Source: Planctomycetaceae bacterium (GTDB lineage Bacteria; Planctomycetota; Planctomycetia; Planctomycetales; Planctomycetaceae). Taken from it: DNA of 41,901 nt. Positions within the stretch are counted from its first letter, which is position 1. Each line of letters begins with the position of its first letter. A program made the position numbers and the translations under genes. The DNA is taken from contig JAGQPV010000001.1 in NCBI GenBank assembly GCA_020426545.1, positions 1-41,901 on the forward strand, given 5' to 3'. The notes beneath the pieces were generated by a model. It saw only the letters and a list, made by a program, of their open reading frames with translations, was not told the DNA's origin and made no database searches. Below are positions 1 through 9,095 of this stretch, in pieces.

Positions 1-1
1 C

Positions 2-1225
2 CTGCGGCTGGCGAAAACAGACGCCGGGTACACCAGGCAGGGGACTTTTGAATCGGCGGTGACAGACCTCGGTGAGACGCCGCCGAAGAAGGTTTCGCTC
101 GACTGGCTGGCCCAGTGGACCGTCCCGCAGACGTGGACGAAGCACGCTGATAACCCCGTCTACGGGCCGAAACAGTCGGGCAGCTGGGACAACTGGACCA
201 ACGGCGTCTCGGTCATTCCCACCGACGAGGGCCGCCGTTACCGGATGTACTATTGCGGTCGCCAGGGAGCGGGAATTGGCTTTGCCGAGGCCGATGCCAG
301 CCAGCCGACCGTCTGGAAGGAGCACCCTTCCAGCCCCGTGCTGACTCCCCGCACCGACAACTGGGAGGGCAACCTGCTCAACCAGCCACGAGTCGTCAAA
401 GTGACGGAAACTCACTGGCGGATGTATTACACCGGCTGGGGCTTCGAGGGTCTCGGCACCAGATGGGCCATGGGCCTGGCCGAGTCGCACGATGCGGGTA
501 TCACCTGGCAGCGGGTGCAGGACGAGCCGATTCTCGATCGCGGTGACCGCGACTCTCCCGATGGTGCGGGAGCCTGCGTGCCGATGGTGCTGCGGGTGGG
601 TGATCAGTGGAAAATGTGGTACACCGCCGGGCAGTACAGCCAGCGGGGAAACCTCAACATCCATCTGTGCCTGGCGGAATCCGAGGATGGCATCCACTGG
701 ACGAAGTATAAGGGCAACCCGGTCTTCGGCGATCAGTTCGCCGAGAGTGAAAAGCGGAACGTGACATCCCGCTGCTATGTGCGTCTGGAACACGGCGTGT
801 ACCAGATGTGGTACTCCTGGGCCAAACCCCGTTACCGCATTTATTACGCCGAAAGTCTGGACGGGATTCACTGGGAACGCGGCCCGGTCGCCCCGGTGCT
901 TTCGCCCTCGGCGAAGCCGTCGTGGGACGATCAGATTGTGGAGTACCCGGAAATCCAGCGGTACAAAGACACCTGGCGGATGTGGTTCTGCGGGAACGGC
1001 TACGGCACGGTGGGTTTTGCCGAAGGGCAGCCCGAGACGGACCTGCGTCTGAGCCACCGCAACGGCCCGACGGCTGTTCCCGATTCCCGCTGGAGCGAAT
1101 GGACTGCAGCCAGCCGCAACCAGCCCGCTCCCACCGGCCGGTATCTGCAGGTGCGGGCGAGTTTCCGTTCCGCGAATCCACTGCTCAGCCCGGCCCTGAA
1201 TTCGGTCACCATCAGCCCTGGCTGA
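2..1225 (+). CDS. Glycoside-hydrolase-like five-bladed beta-propeller protein (GH43/GH32/GH130-type fold); 5' end probably outside the window
   Basis: The frame is open from base 2 to the TGA at 1223-1225; the track ORF 59..1225 begins at an internal GTG. An aromatic blade motif recurs (YRMYYCG, WRMYYTGWG, WKMWYTAG, YQMWYSW, WRMWFCGNG), as in GH43/130 propellers. Family assignment is by eye only. Confidence 0.7.
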   Translation: MRLAKTDAGYTRQGTFESAVTDLGETPPKKVSLDWLAQWTVPQTWTKHADNPVYGPKQSGSWDNWTNGVSVIPTDEGRRYRMYYCGRQGAGIGFAEADASQPTVWKEHPSSPVLTPRTDNWEGNLLNQPRVVKVTETHWRMYYTGWGFEGLGTRWAMGLAESHDAGITWQRVQDEPILDRGDRDSPDGAGACVPMVLRVGDQWKMWYTAGQYSQRGNLNIHLCLAESEDGIHWTKYKGNPVFGDQFAESEKRNVTSRCYVRLEHGVYQMWYSWAKPRYRIYYAESLDGIHWERGPVAPVLSPSAKPSWDDQIVEYPEIQRYKDTWRMWFCGNGYGTVGFAEGQPETDLRLSHRNGPTAVPDSRWSEWTAASRNQPAPTGRYLQVRASFRSANPLLSPALNSVTISPG

Positions 1226-1243
1226 CACCGGGGCATGGCTTGC

Positions 1244-3697
1244 TTACTCTTCCATCTGCGAGATGTGCGGCTGCAGGGATTGCAGCAGCCAGGCCCCTGT
1301 TCCCTGGTGGTCGGTCGCCACGGTGATGCCTGCCGGGTGAGCGGTTTTGAGACCGGCGTCCCGCAGGCGGGATGTCACCGCTTCCGGAGCAACCCGGCGG
1401 TTGGCCGCATCGACCAGTCCCGCAACCCGCACGGGCAGCGGGCCACGGTGCCGGAGCAGGTCGCTGACATCGGCCACTTTCAGCAGGCCGGGAATCACCA
1501 CATCATGCGGGATCTCCACGCGGGAATGCTGCAGTACCTCGGCCAGTGAGAGCAGCCCGCCGGAGACAGAGACCGCAGCCAGCCCGTCCTCATACACAGC
1601 GGCCAGCAGCGACAACAGCATGCCACCGGGTTCCGACTGAGCCGGTTCGCTGTCAATTCTCCGTGGGACATCGGTCTTTGTATCGGGGCTGTTGACCGCC
1701 GCGAATGAGTCGCCCCACAGAGCGATCCGGTCCGTGTCGATGTCCTTCCGGCTTCTCAGCCAGCCCAGCACCGTCCGCAGGTCTTTCAGCCGGCTGCCGG
1801 CCAGCGTGCCACCGAGCATGAATTCCGTGCAGGTGCGGGAGGTGAGGTTACTGTAAGGGCTGCGTGAATCGGCCAGGGACGTCTCACCGGTGCCCCGCAG
1901 ATCGCACAGCACCACCATGCAGCCACCGTCGATCAGGGTGGCAATCTCTTCCGCCCCATGCTTCAGAAAGGCCTGTTTGCCGGTCTGCGCCACAGCCACC
2001 ACCGCGGGCCGACGCGCCCCGTCCTGTCTGTCGGCGTTCTGCAGCACGATCAGCGGCAGGTCAATCCCTGGCTCCACCGTCAGCCGGCCCCGCTGAATCA
2101 GCAGACGGGAGGAAGTCGCCCCGTCTTTACCTGCTACCGACTCCGCTGGTGTGAACTGTGGACTGTCCGCCGGGGCGATCTCGCCCAGCAGCGGTTCCAG
2201 CTCCCGCTGCAGCTGCTGCCGCGGGGACTGCGATTCGTCGCGTGCCTGGCGGGCAGCGGTCAGCGAACGTTCAACCTGCGGAGGCAGCACATCGCTCAAG
2301 GTCTGGAGCGGAAGATTCTGCGGTAATTCGCGGGTGAAGCACTGCAGCCGACTGGCCGGCACGGGTTTGCTGTATTCGGAGTCCGCAGTCACCTCGACGC
2401 CCAGCCACCGGTGGAAATGCGGGTGAATCATCTTCCGGTGTTCGCGGCCAATGTGCGTGCAGTGCGTGGCTTCCGGCGGTCGCCCGCGCACAGAACCCCG
2501 CCCGTGAGTGAAACCCAGCTGGTCGCGCGCGTCGTACAGGCTCCACAGCTGTTCGTACCGGGCCCACACCGGGTCGCGGTCGCGGTCCCACGCGAACTCG
2601 TGCGCGTAGATCAGCCCGCGGGGAGCCACCGCCCCCACGATAACCCACGGCATGAAGCCATCGATGGCCGACCGCCGCAGATTACGGGCCGTATCCCAGT
2701 AAGCACCGCCGGCATAATTGAATGATCGATCCGAATCAGCCGGGAGTGGAAAGCGGTTCTCCGGCTGAGGACCACCGAAGTTGAACGGAACAGCCACCCT
2801 GATCCGCGAATCAAGGGCCGCCACCACGGCGGCCGGGTCGCCTCCACCGGCCACACTGCCGAGGATCGCAATTTTTTTCTCATCCACGCCCGGCTGGGCC
2901 AGCAGCACATCGACGCAGCACAACAGGTCATTCGCAAACCACGCCATCAGACTGCTGCCCGCCAGATGCAGTCGCACGCCGTTGTCATACCGGAAGAAAT
3001 AATCCTGCCGACTGACGCGAAACTCCCCATCGTAGTCCTCTGCCGAAGCAAACCGATGCTGCCGCCGCTCTCCATAGCCGAGCAGATCGGGAACCAGCAC
3101 GGCGCAGCCTGCCCGGGCCCAGGTCATCCCCATGTCCTGCAGCTCGGCATGTTCCTTCGGGCGGTGGTGGCTGTGTACGATCAGAATTCCCGGCCAGGCG
3201 GGCGCCGGTTCGGCAGCCGGTTCTGTCGGTTTGCGGGCGGGCAGATAGAGATTCGCCGAGACCAGCATTCCCGTGGGAGAAACAAAAGCCAGGTTCCTGA
3301 CCTGGAATCCGCCTCCCTGCCAGCGGTTCGTCACATGGACGGTGGGCATCGCCGGTCGGGCTTCGGGCACATTCAGTGACTGCCTCAACCGCCCGATCTT
3401 CTCCTCGCGGAACTTCTCCCAGTCGGCGGTGGCCGCTATCTCGTGCCATTGGCTGGTGCTGCGGTCGTTGAGTTCCGTCCGCCGCCGCACCTGATGGTTG
3501 TAAACCATGTCTCCGGCGGCGTCGCGGTCTGCTGTCGGCAGGACATGCGGATCGACCGCACGCACGGCCGCCAGGGTCGGGGAAGCGGGCTGATCAGCAG
3601 CCGCCACAACAGGCCGCCGACCGAGCGCAGGGACGGCAATGGCCAGCACCAGCAGGAACACGGGACAGACAGATCGCGCAGTGCATTGCTGTGGCAT
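1244..3697 (-). CDS. Secreted protein with tandem alpha/beta-hydrolase-like domains (dienelactone hydrolase / acetyl-xylan-esterase-like)
   Basis: Track ORF 1244..3898. I prefer the ATG at 3697 (MPQQCTARSVCPVFLLVLAIAVPALG), which gives a signal peptide. The text ILIVHSHHRP...VLVPDLLGYGERR and a second VVLCDLRGTGETS segment are typical of alpha/beta hydrolases. Confidence 0.8.
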   Translation of the reverse strand: MPQQCTARSVCPVFLLVLAIAVPALGRRPVVAAADQPASPTLAAVRAVDPHVLPTADRDAAGDMVYNHQVRRRTELNDRSTSQWHEIAATADWEKFREEKIGRLRQSLNVPEARPAMPTVHVTNRWQGGGFQVRNLAFVSPTGMLVSANLYLPARKPTEPAAEPAPAWPGILIVHSHHRPKEHAELQDMGMTWARAGCAVLVPDLLGYGERRQHRFASAEDYDGEFRVSRQDYFFRYDNGVRLHLAGSSLMAWFANDLLCCVDVLLAQPGVDEKKIAILGSVAGGGDPAAVVAALDSRIRVAVPFNFGGPQPENRFPLPADSDRSFNYAGGAYWDTARNLRRSAIDGFMPWVIVGAVAPRGLIYAHEFAWDRDRDPVWARYEQLWSLYDARDQLGFTHGRGSVRGRPPEATHCTHIGREHRKMIHPHFHRWLGVEVTADSEYSKPVPASRLQCFTRELPQNLPLQTLSDVLPPQVERSLTAARQARDESQSPRQQLQRELEPLLGEIAPADSPQFTPAESVAGKDGATSSRLLIQRGRLTVEPGIDLPLIVLQNADRQDGARRPAVVAVAQTGKQAFLKHGAEEIATLIDGGCMVVLCDLRGTGETSLADSRSPYSNLTSRTCTEFMLGGTLAGSRLKDLRTVLGWLRSRKDIDTDRIALWGDSFAAVNSPDTKTDVPRRIDSEPAQSEPGGMLLSLLAAVYEDGLAAVSVSGGLLSLAEVLQHSRVEIPHDVVIPGLLKVADVSDLLRHRGPLPVRVAGLVDAANRRVAPEAVTSRLRDAGLKTAHPAGITVATDHQGTGAWLLQSLQPHISQMEE

Positions 3698-3941
3698 GGC
3701 AACCTCGAGAGATGTTTCCACCAGCCGGCCTGTTCTCAGACAGACAGGAACCGGCGGGCGAACCGCCGGGAACGGTGGACAGCGTACCATGCCCGGCGGT
3801 GCGGGTTCGAGGAAAAACGGCGTTTGCGGCTTCCGTCCGGCATGGTTCCATCTCCGCTGCGATCTGGATTTCGTTGTCTGTTCGACTCTGAAATCCACAG
3901 CGAAAACTTCGCCGGAATGTTACCGCTCACGGCCACTTTCT

Positions 3942-3969
3942 GCCGGCAGGCGGATTTTCCCCTGCCGGC
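3942..3969 (-). terminator. 9-bp GC-rich hairpin directly after the symporter stop codon (no U-tract)
   Basis: GCCGGCAGG (3942-3950) pairs with CCTGCCGGC (3961-3969) around a 10-nt loop. There is no T-run afterwards on the minus strand, so it may be a stabiliser or Rho-associated rather than an intrinsic terminator. Confidence 0.3.
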
Positions 3970-5499
3970 TCAGCTCTTTGTATCGCCAGCCGCCGGCCTG
4001 GCGGGATCTACGGCAGCAGGCGGTGCGGGAGGCACGGCTGTCCTGGAATTTACCGAACCGGGCGAAACCGTTCCGGCGGAAGACGTGGCTGCTGTCCCCG
4101 CAGCAGCTGTGGCCAGGGCGGGTACGGGCTGGTCGGCCGTCACGGGGAAGGTGCGATCCACCACCGCGGCGCCGACGGCATCGCCAAACACATTGACCGT
4201 CGTGCGGAACCGATCAAGCAGCCAGTCGACGGACAGAATCAGTCCGATGTACTCCAGCGGCAGGCCGACGGCATTCAGCACGATCAGCATGGTCACCAGG
4301 CCGGCTTCCGGGATACCGGCCGCACCGATGGCGGCCAGTGTCGCCGTGACGGCGATGGTCAGCTGGGCTGTCAGATCCAGCGGGAAACCAATGGCCTGGG
4401 CAATGAAGATTGCCGCAACCGCTTCATACAGGGCCGTGCCATCCATATTGATGGTGGCCCCCAGCGGCAGCACGAACTCGGTCGAACGCTCTGAAACGCC
4501 CGCATTGGCCTGGGCACATTCCATCGTCACCGGCAACGTGGCCGACGAACTGGCGGTGGAGAAGGCCGTCAGCAGGGCCTGCCCCATGTGATAAATAAAG
4601 AGGTACGGGTTCCGGCGGGTGAAGATCCAGTAGATCAGCGGCAGAGAAATAAACATGTGCACGCCCAGCCCGCCCACAACGGTTGCCACGTACCAGCCCG
4701 TCTGCCGCAGTTCATCAAGGAATTCTCCACTGGCCTGAGCTGCACCGAAGCGGGCCGCCACCAGGCAGAAGATGCCCAGCGGGGCGACTTTCATCAGCAG
4801 CAGGACGAAGTTCATCAGCGCGTGGTTGATCTGATCGATCATCAGCGTGATGGAGTCCACCCGCGAGCCGAGAGTCGTCAGCATGCCGGCGAAAATGATG
4901 GAGAACACAATCAGTGGCAGCAGCTGCGTTTCCACCGCCGATTTGAACAGATTGTCTGTAAACAGCATCAGCACGAGGTTGTGCAGAATGGTGCCCATAT
5001 CGGGCTTGTCCTGGGCCGTGGGTGCCAGCTGCGGCAGAGCCCGGCTGATGTCTTTCTCGGTCACTCCTGATTCCCGGGCCAGCGACTCGCGGACTGCCTG
5101 GCGAACGGCCGGCGCGCCCATGCCGCTGCTGCGGGATTCCACGGTCTCGGAAGAGACTGTCCCCACACCCGGCTGAATCAGATTCACAGCGGCGAGGCCA
5201 ATGACCACCGCCAGCACGGTGGTTGTCATGTAATACAGTACGGCCACACCACCGGGGATCCCCAGCTTGCGGACATCTCCCAGGCCCAGAATGCCGCTCA
5301 TGACTGACGAAACCACCAGCGGGACAACCATCATTTTCAGCAGGCTGAGGAACACCTCGCCGCCGAGTGACAGGCGGGAGGCGAAATGCGGAAACAGGAG
5401 CGCCACCACAATTGCAGCCACGATCGACAGCAGAATCCACAGAGTCAGATGACTCTTCGGGGGGGACGGTTCCCCGGGTGTGCTTGCAGAAGGTGGCAT
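3970..5499 (-). CDS. Dicarboxylate/amino-acid:cation symporter (DAACS / SLC1 family, GltP-like) with an Ala/Pro-rich C-terminal tail
   Basis: 509 aa and multi-TM. Family-typical segments include FTDNLFKSAVETQLLPLIVFSIIFG-like, SSSATLPVTMEC and INMDGTALYEAVAAIFIAQ. The last ~65 aa are low-complexity A/P/T. Confidence 0.9.
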   Translation of the reverse strand: MPPSASTPGEPSPPKSHLTLWILLSIVAAIVVALLFPHFASRLSLGGEVFLSLLKMMVVPLVVSSVMSGILGLGDVRKLGIPGGVAVLYYMTTTVLAVVIGLAAVNLIQPGVGTVSSETVESRSSGMGAPAVRQAVRESLARESGVTEKDISRALPQLAPTAQDKPDMGTILHNLVLMLFTDNLFKSAVETQLLPLIVFSIIFAGMLTTLGSRVDSITLMIDQINHALMNFVLLLMKVAPLGIFCLVAARFGAAQASGEFLDELRQTGWYVATVVGGLGVHMFISLPLIYWIFTRRNPYLFIYHMGQALLTAFSTASSSATLPVTMECAQANAGVSERSTEFVLPLGATINMDGTALYEAVAAIFIAQAIGFPLDLTAQLTIAVTATLAAIGAAGIPEAGLVTMLIVLNAVGLPLEYIGLILSVDWLLDRFRTTVNVFGDAVGAAVVDRTFPVTADQPVPALATAAAGTAATSSAGTVSPGSVNSRTAVPPAPPAAVDPARPAAGDTKS

Positions 5500-5713
5500 C
5501 AGGCTTGCTCCGTAATCAGGCCAGGCAGTCGATGGCAGCTTCGGGCTGCAGACTGCGAATGGAATCAGATCGGGAAGGACGGCGACCGGCCTGCACAGAG
5601 CAGGGAGTCCCTGCCTCAGAAATGTTGCCCGCCGCTTCGGGCTGATTCCGCGACGGAAACCGCAGCGGTGGCAGCACGGAAGGGAAGAGCAAAGGACTGC
5701 CAGTCCACGTCAG

Positions 5714-6148
5714 TCAGGCAGCAGTCACCAGACAGGCGGACAGAATAGCAGCCAGCAACAGCAGGACGCCAGCACATCCCCGTGGACGGGCGATTCCGGC
5801 CCGGTCGGAGATGCGGTCCACCGCGACCACGGCTTCCACCAGGTCGCACCCGGTGGCCTGCTGCCACTCACGGACGGCCTGAACCCGCCGGCCTTCCAGC
5901 AGCAGCCCCGCAATTCGCTCTGCGGGGGGAGGTTCGGCCGGAGACGTTTCCGTCGTCTCACCGGTATTCTCCGGTGAGGGACCGGCATCAGGCCGCAGAT
6001 CAGCCCCGCATTCCGCGCACCGCTGATCCTCCGGATGGACGGGCTGGCTGCAGAACGGGCAGAGCGACTTCACGGGGATGTCCGACGGAGAGAGCCGCTG
6101 CGGACGGCAGTCATTCCGTCGGCGCAGCTGCAGAGTGACGGACATCAT
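5714..6148 (-). CDS. Small membrane-anchored protein: zinc-ribbon (CPFC...CAEC) + L7/L12-C-terminal-like helix segment + C-terminal TM helix
   Basis: Track ORF 5714..6184; the start is ambiguous (ATG 6184, or ATGATG 6148/6145). Motifs: CPFCSQPVHPEDQRCAECG; RVQAVREWQQATGCDLVEAVVAVDRI, which resembles the K-x-x-A-I-K-x-x-R-x-x-T-G-x-x-L-x-E-A-K pattern; then GVLLLLAAILSACLV. Confidence 0.55.
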   Translation of the reverse strand: MMSVTLQLRRRNDCRPQRLSPSDIPVKSLCPFCSQPVHPEDQRCAECGADLRPDAGPSPENTGETTETSPAEPPPAERIAGLLLEGRRVQAVREWQQATGCDLVEAVVAVDRISDRAGIARPRGCAGVLLLLAAILSACLVTAA

Positions 6149-6294
6149 GATAACCGCCGGCAGGGGACTGTGCACACGCCACATGGCATTTGGCCCGCCG
6201 CAAGCGGGAGAGCAGCGGCAGAAGAAACAGCCGCAAAGTCACCAGGCCACCATCACAGTCAGGCCGTTACAGCCGGCTGATCTGTCGCGGCCGA

Positions 6295-8202
6295 TCAGCG
6301 TTCGCTGTTCTGCACGTAGCCCTGCACCATCCGCAGCACCGCATCCTGCTGGCCGAGACTGATGCTGGTGTGCTTGCGAAGCCGGTCCAGCAGGGCGTTG
6401 CGGGTCACCGGTTTGAGCAGATAATCGGCAATGCCGACTTCCAGACACGACAGAATCGTCTCCCGGGAACGGTCTTCACTGTTCATGATGACCGGGATTG
6501 AAATCTGTGCATTGCGAACATCGCGGATCACATCGATGCCGCTGCCACACTTCAGATGGACTTCGCAGAGAATCGCATCGGCTTCTCTGGCCAGTTCCAC
6601 GGCTTCCAGCCCGGTGGTCGCCTGGAGCACCTGGACGCCCAGCGGGAGCAGCATCAGTCGAATGACGGAGACAATACTTTCCTCATCTTCGATGACCAGC
6701 AGGGCCGGTGCCCGCTTTGCCGTCACCGAGAGCTTCCTGTCAGTCAGCGGTTCCGAAGGAGGCAGGATGACATCCATCATCTTTGCCGCCGAAGTGGCCG
6801 ACAGATGCCCGTTCACAGAGAAGCTGCTGCCCTCAGTCGGGCTGGCCCCGGTCTCCACCGCGGGCACCCGTTCCCCTTCGCTCACCGGCTCGCCGGCCGC
6901 AAACCGGGAGATATCGGCCGTCAGGCTTTCCAGCGCGGCCGCCGAAGGGGCCGGCACGGAAAACATCGAGCTGAATTCCCGTGTTTTCTGCACTGCAGAC
7001 GCGAGGCAGGACTTGAACAGTTCCGGCTTCCCGCCAGACAGTGCGGTCATCTGAGACTGCAGCCGCTGGTGCCGCTGCGGGCCGGGCAAGTCGTACAGAT
7101 CGGCCACGGCCTCGCCCACCTTCATCAGCTGCAGGAGGTGCTGCTCCGCAGTGGAACACTCGCACTCTTCCGCCGGCGTATGGTGTTCCAGCGCAAGGCG
7201 GACAAAACTGCCGGGCAGTTCCCACCGCTGAAACAGAGCCGCCGAGACGGCCGCGTGGGTGAAGGCGAATTCCTGCTGTTCCGCGATGTGCAGCTGCAGC
7301 TGGCCGACGGTCCGACAGCGTTCCAGCACCCGCTGGTAGGGTTTTCCCAGCGCACGCGCCATGACCAGGACACCCAGATCCTGCAGCAGGCCGAGAATAT
7401 GAGCGGTGTCAGCGGAAACCTGCTTCGTGCGGGCCGCAAAAGCCGAGGCACTGGCCGCAATCAGAACGGTCCGAGGACGGAACCACTGCTCGAAGCCTTC
7501 CGGCAGCGTCTGCATCAGTTTCTGCTGGGAGTTCAGCACCGTGGTCGACAGCACAATGGCAACCGTCCGCCGGATCCCCAGCAGGTTCACGGCATCGAAC
7601 ACCCGCGTCACCTTGCTCCGCACCCCCGTGGAGGAGCTGTTGACGACCTTCAGCAGTTCGGCCGTAATACGCGGATCGGTGGACAGCTCCTCCGTCAGCT
7701 CGGCCATGGAGGCGGATTCGTTGTGGAGGTACCCCGGCAGCCGCACCAGCAGCTGCGGAATCGGCGGAACGTAATCCGCATCCCGCACCAGCACCCGCAC
7801 ACTGTGCGGAATGCTGACGCCAGGCTCATCCGCCGTCAGCAGTTCGCCTTTCAGAACGTCGACGATCGTTCCGGAATCCGTCTGTGTATCGAGCAGCGTT
7901 TTCACGTTCACGCGGGCTGCTTTTCCGCGCAGAGCGGCCACGTCCTTCGCCAGCAGAATCACAGCTGGCTGCAGCAGGTCGCCCGCCAGACGCTCAATGA
8001 TTTCAAGCCCCGACAGAAAGCCCGTCAGCTCCTGCTCGACAATGACGGCGTCAATCCGCTGGTGCTGCACCGTATGGCAGAAGTCGTCAGAGGTCGCGCA
8101 GACAACCGGCTCCGCGACGGCGCTCTCCTGGATGCGCTTCGCGATCTCTGCAGCGCGGCCAGAGTTTGCACACAGGAGTGCGACGACTTGCTTGTTGTTC
8201 AC
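6295..8202 (-). CDS. HDOD-domain signalling protein flanked by two receiver-like (REC) modules
   Basis: 635 aa with a GTG start at 8202. The central segment PPIPQLLVRLPGYLHNESASMAELTEELSTDPRITAELLKVVNSSS is typical of HDOD. The C-terminal module LLVIEDEES...ILCEVHLKCGSGIDV...VIMNS...YLLKP has receiver topology. Confidence 0.9.
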   Translation of the reverse strand: MNNKQVVALLCANSGRAAEIAKRIQESAVAEPVVCATSDDFCHTVQHQRIDAVIVEQELTGFLSGLEIIERLAGDLLQPAVILLAKDVAALRGKAARVNVKTLLDTQTDSGTIVDVLKGELLTADEPGVSIPHSVRVLVRDADYVPPIPQLLVRLPGYLHNESASMAELTEELSTDPRITAELLKVVNSSSTGVRSKVTRVFDAVNLLGIRRTVAIVLSTTVLNSQQKLMQTLPEGFEQWFRPRTVLIAASASAFAARTKQVSADTAHILGLLQDLGVLVMARALGKPYQRVLERCRTVGQLQLHIAEQQEFAFTHAAVSAALFQRWELPGSFVRLALEHHTPAEECECSTAEQHLLQLMKVGEAVADLYDLPGPQRHQRLQSQMTALSGGKPELFKSCLASAVQKTREFSSMFSVPAPSAAALESLTADISRFAAGEPVSEGERVPAVETGASPTEGSSFSVNGHLSATSAAKMMDVILPPSEPLTDRKLSVTAKRAPALLVIEDEESIVSVIRLMLLPLGVQVLQATTGLEAVELAREADAILCEVHLKCGSGIDVIRDVRNAQISIPVIMNSEDRSRETILSCLEVGIADYLLKPVTRNALLDRLRKHTSISLGQQDAVLRMVQGYVQNSER

Positions 8203-8335
8203 CTCTTGACCTTTATTTCAACCAGCCCACACACAATGTGGACTGCGCAGTGACAGGCTGTATCGAACCGGCTGCATTACCTGCAGTGATGTTGCCGTTC
8301 AGTAGGGAAATTCAAGACTGGCTGAAACCAGCAGC

Positions 8336-8371
8336 GACACAAATACAGAAACTGCCCGACAACGGGGCAGT
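8336..8371 (-). terminator. Rho-independent terminator (minus strand)
   Basis: The minus strand reads ACTGCCC-CGTTGTC-GGGCAGT (7-bp stem, plus coordinates 8351-8371) followed by TTTCTGTATTTGTGT. It lies about 135 nt upstream of the HDOD start and about 755 nt downstream of the PQQ-propeller stop. Confidence 0.6.
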
Positions 8372-8663
8372 CTGGTCCGCATCAGAATCAATGGAATCAG
8401 CCCGCAGCAGTGAGTTGAATTCCGGCTGACATTTCATGGCGGACAGAGGATGTGAGGCGTGGTTCTGGAGCAGTACCCACCGACCGCCATGCTGGTTTCA
8501 TCGACATCAGGAAAAATCGCCTTCAATTCAGGTGCACTGTCAGCTGCGACTGACGGACATCCCTTAGCGCACCTTACAAACTGTGGGGTGCTGCCGATTG
8601 AATGGCTCCCGTGTTTCAAGTTCCAGCCTTTCTCTCCGGGATTGCCCTGGTCGCGGCAGACGG

Positions 8664-8696
8664 AATCCCCGATAAGGCCTGTACATATCGGGGATT
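8664..8696. repeat. 10-bp perfect inverted repeat (hairpin) AATCCCCGAT / ATCGGGGATT with a 13-nt loop
   Basis: Read directly: 8664-8673 pairs with 8687-8696. It lies inside the non-coding island. Confidence 0.8.
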
Positions 8697-8737
8697 GCGT
8701 GTTGTATACGAATCTTAAAACAGAGTTCAATACGGTT

Positions 8738-8756
8738 GGATTCCTGTCAGGAATCC
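8738..8756. repeat. 19-bp perfect palindrome GGATTCCTG-T-CAGGAATCC
   Basis: Read directly: two 9-bp arms around a single central base. The loop is too tight for a stable RNA hairpin, so a dimeric DNA-binding site is more likely. Confidence 0.8.
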
Positions 8757-9071
8757 GCTCGATCCCGACGGCTCCGATATTCCTGATGCGGGGACTCGGG
8801 GAGAAGAATGTTGTCGACTCTTTCAGCACTATGTTAAGACGTGAAAAGTCAAACCGGGCGTGAGAAACCTGCGTCTGCGGGGAAACTTCACAGCCTTGCG
8901 GCAGCCGGACAGCTACAGCCCCTCTGCCCCGCAAAGGCTGCCCTGAACCAGCCCGTGACTGCCGGTTCACGGGGCAGATTGCCAGGTTCCGAAATGCCTG
9001 ATCGACACCACACCGGCCACGCCTGGACTCAGGTGGGATCCACTCCTGCAACCCGAGTAACTCGCACAATC

Positions 9072-9095
9072 CGCAGCAGGCCACGGGCTGCTGCG
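9072..9095 (-). terminator. 8-bp hairpin about 30 nt after the PQQ-propeller stop (weak U-tract)
   Basis: The minus strand reads CGCAGCAG-CCCGTGGC-CTGCTGCG followed by GATTGTG. It is a possible transcript end for 9127..10446. Confidence 0.35.

Noticed and set aside
3443-4591. Long ORFs antisense to or overlapping confident genes. Examples: 3443..4591+, 6556..8253+, 9445..10545+, 10695..12344+, 12416..14170-, 15353..16261-, 20717..21862-, 22626..23666-, 31733..32746+, 36030..37172+, 37162..38217+, 40996..41826+.
   Set aside because: They are Arg/Pro/Gly/His-rich with no family motifs. Each lies opposite a gene with clear domain signatures. This is typical of stop-codon-poor shadow frames in high-GC DNA.
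8434-9084. ORFs 8434..9084(-), 8459..8863(+), 8841..9215(+) and 8166..8429(+) as protein genes.
   Set aside because: No recognisable motifs and odd composition. They overlap one another, and the region has hairpins and a terminator more consistent with non-coding sequence. I cannot fully exclude a small or decayed gene.
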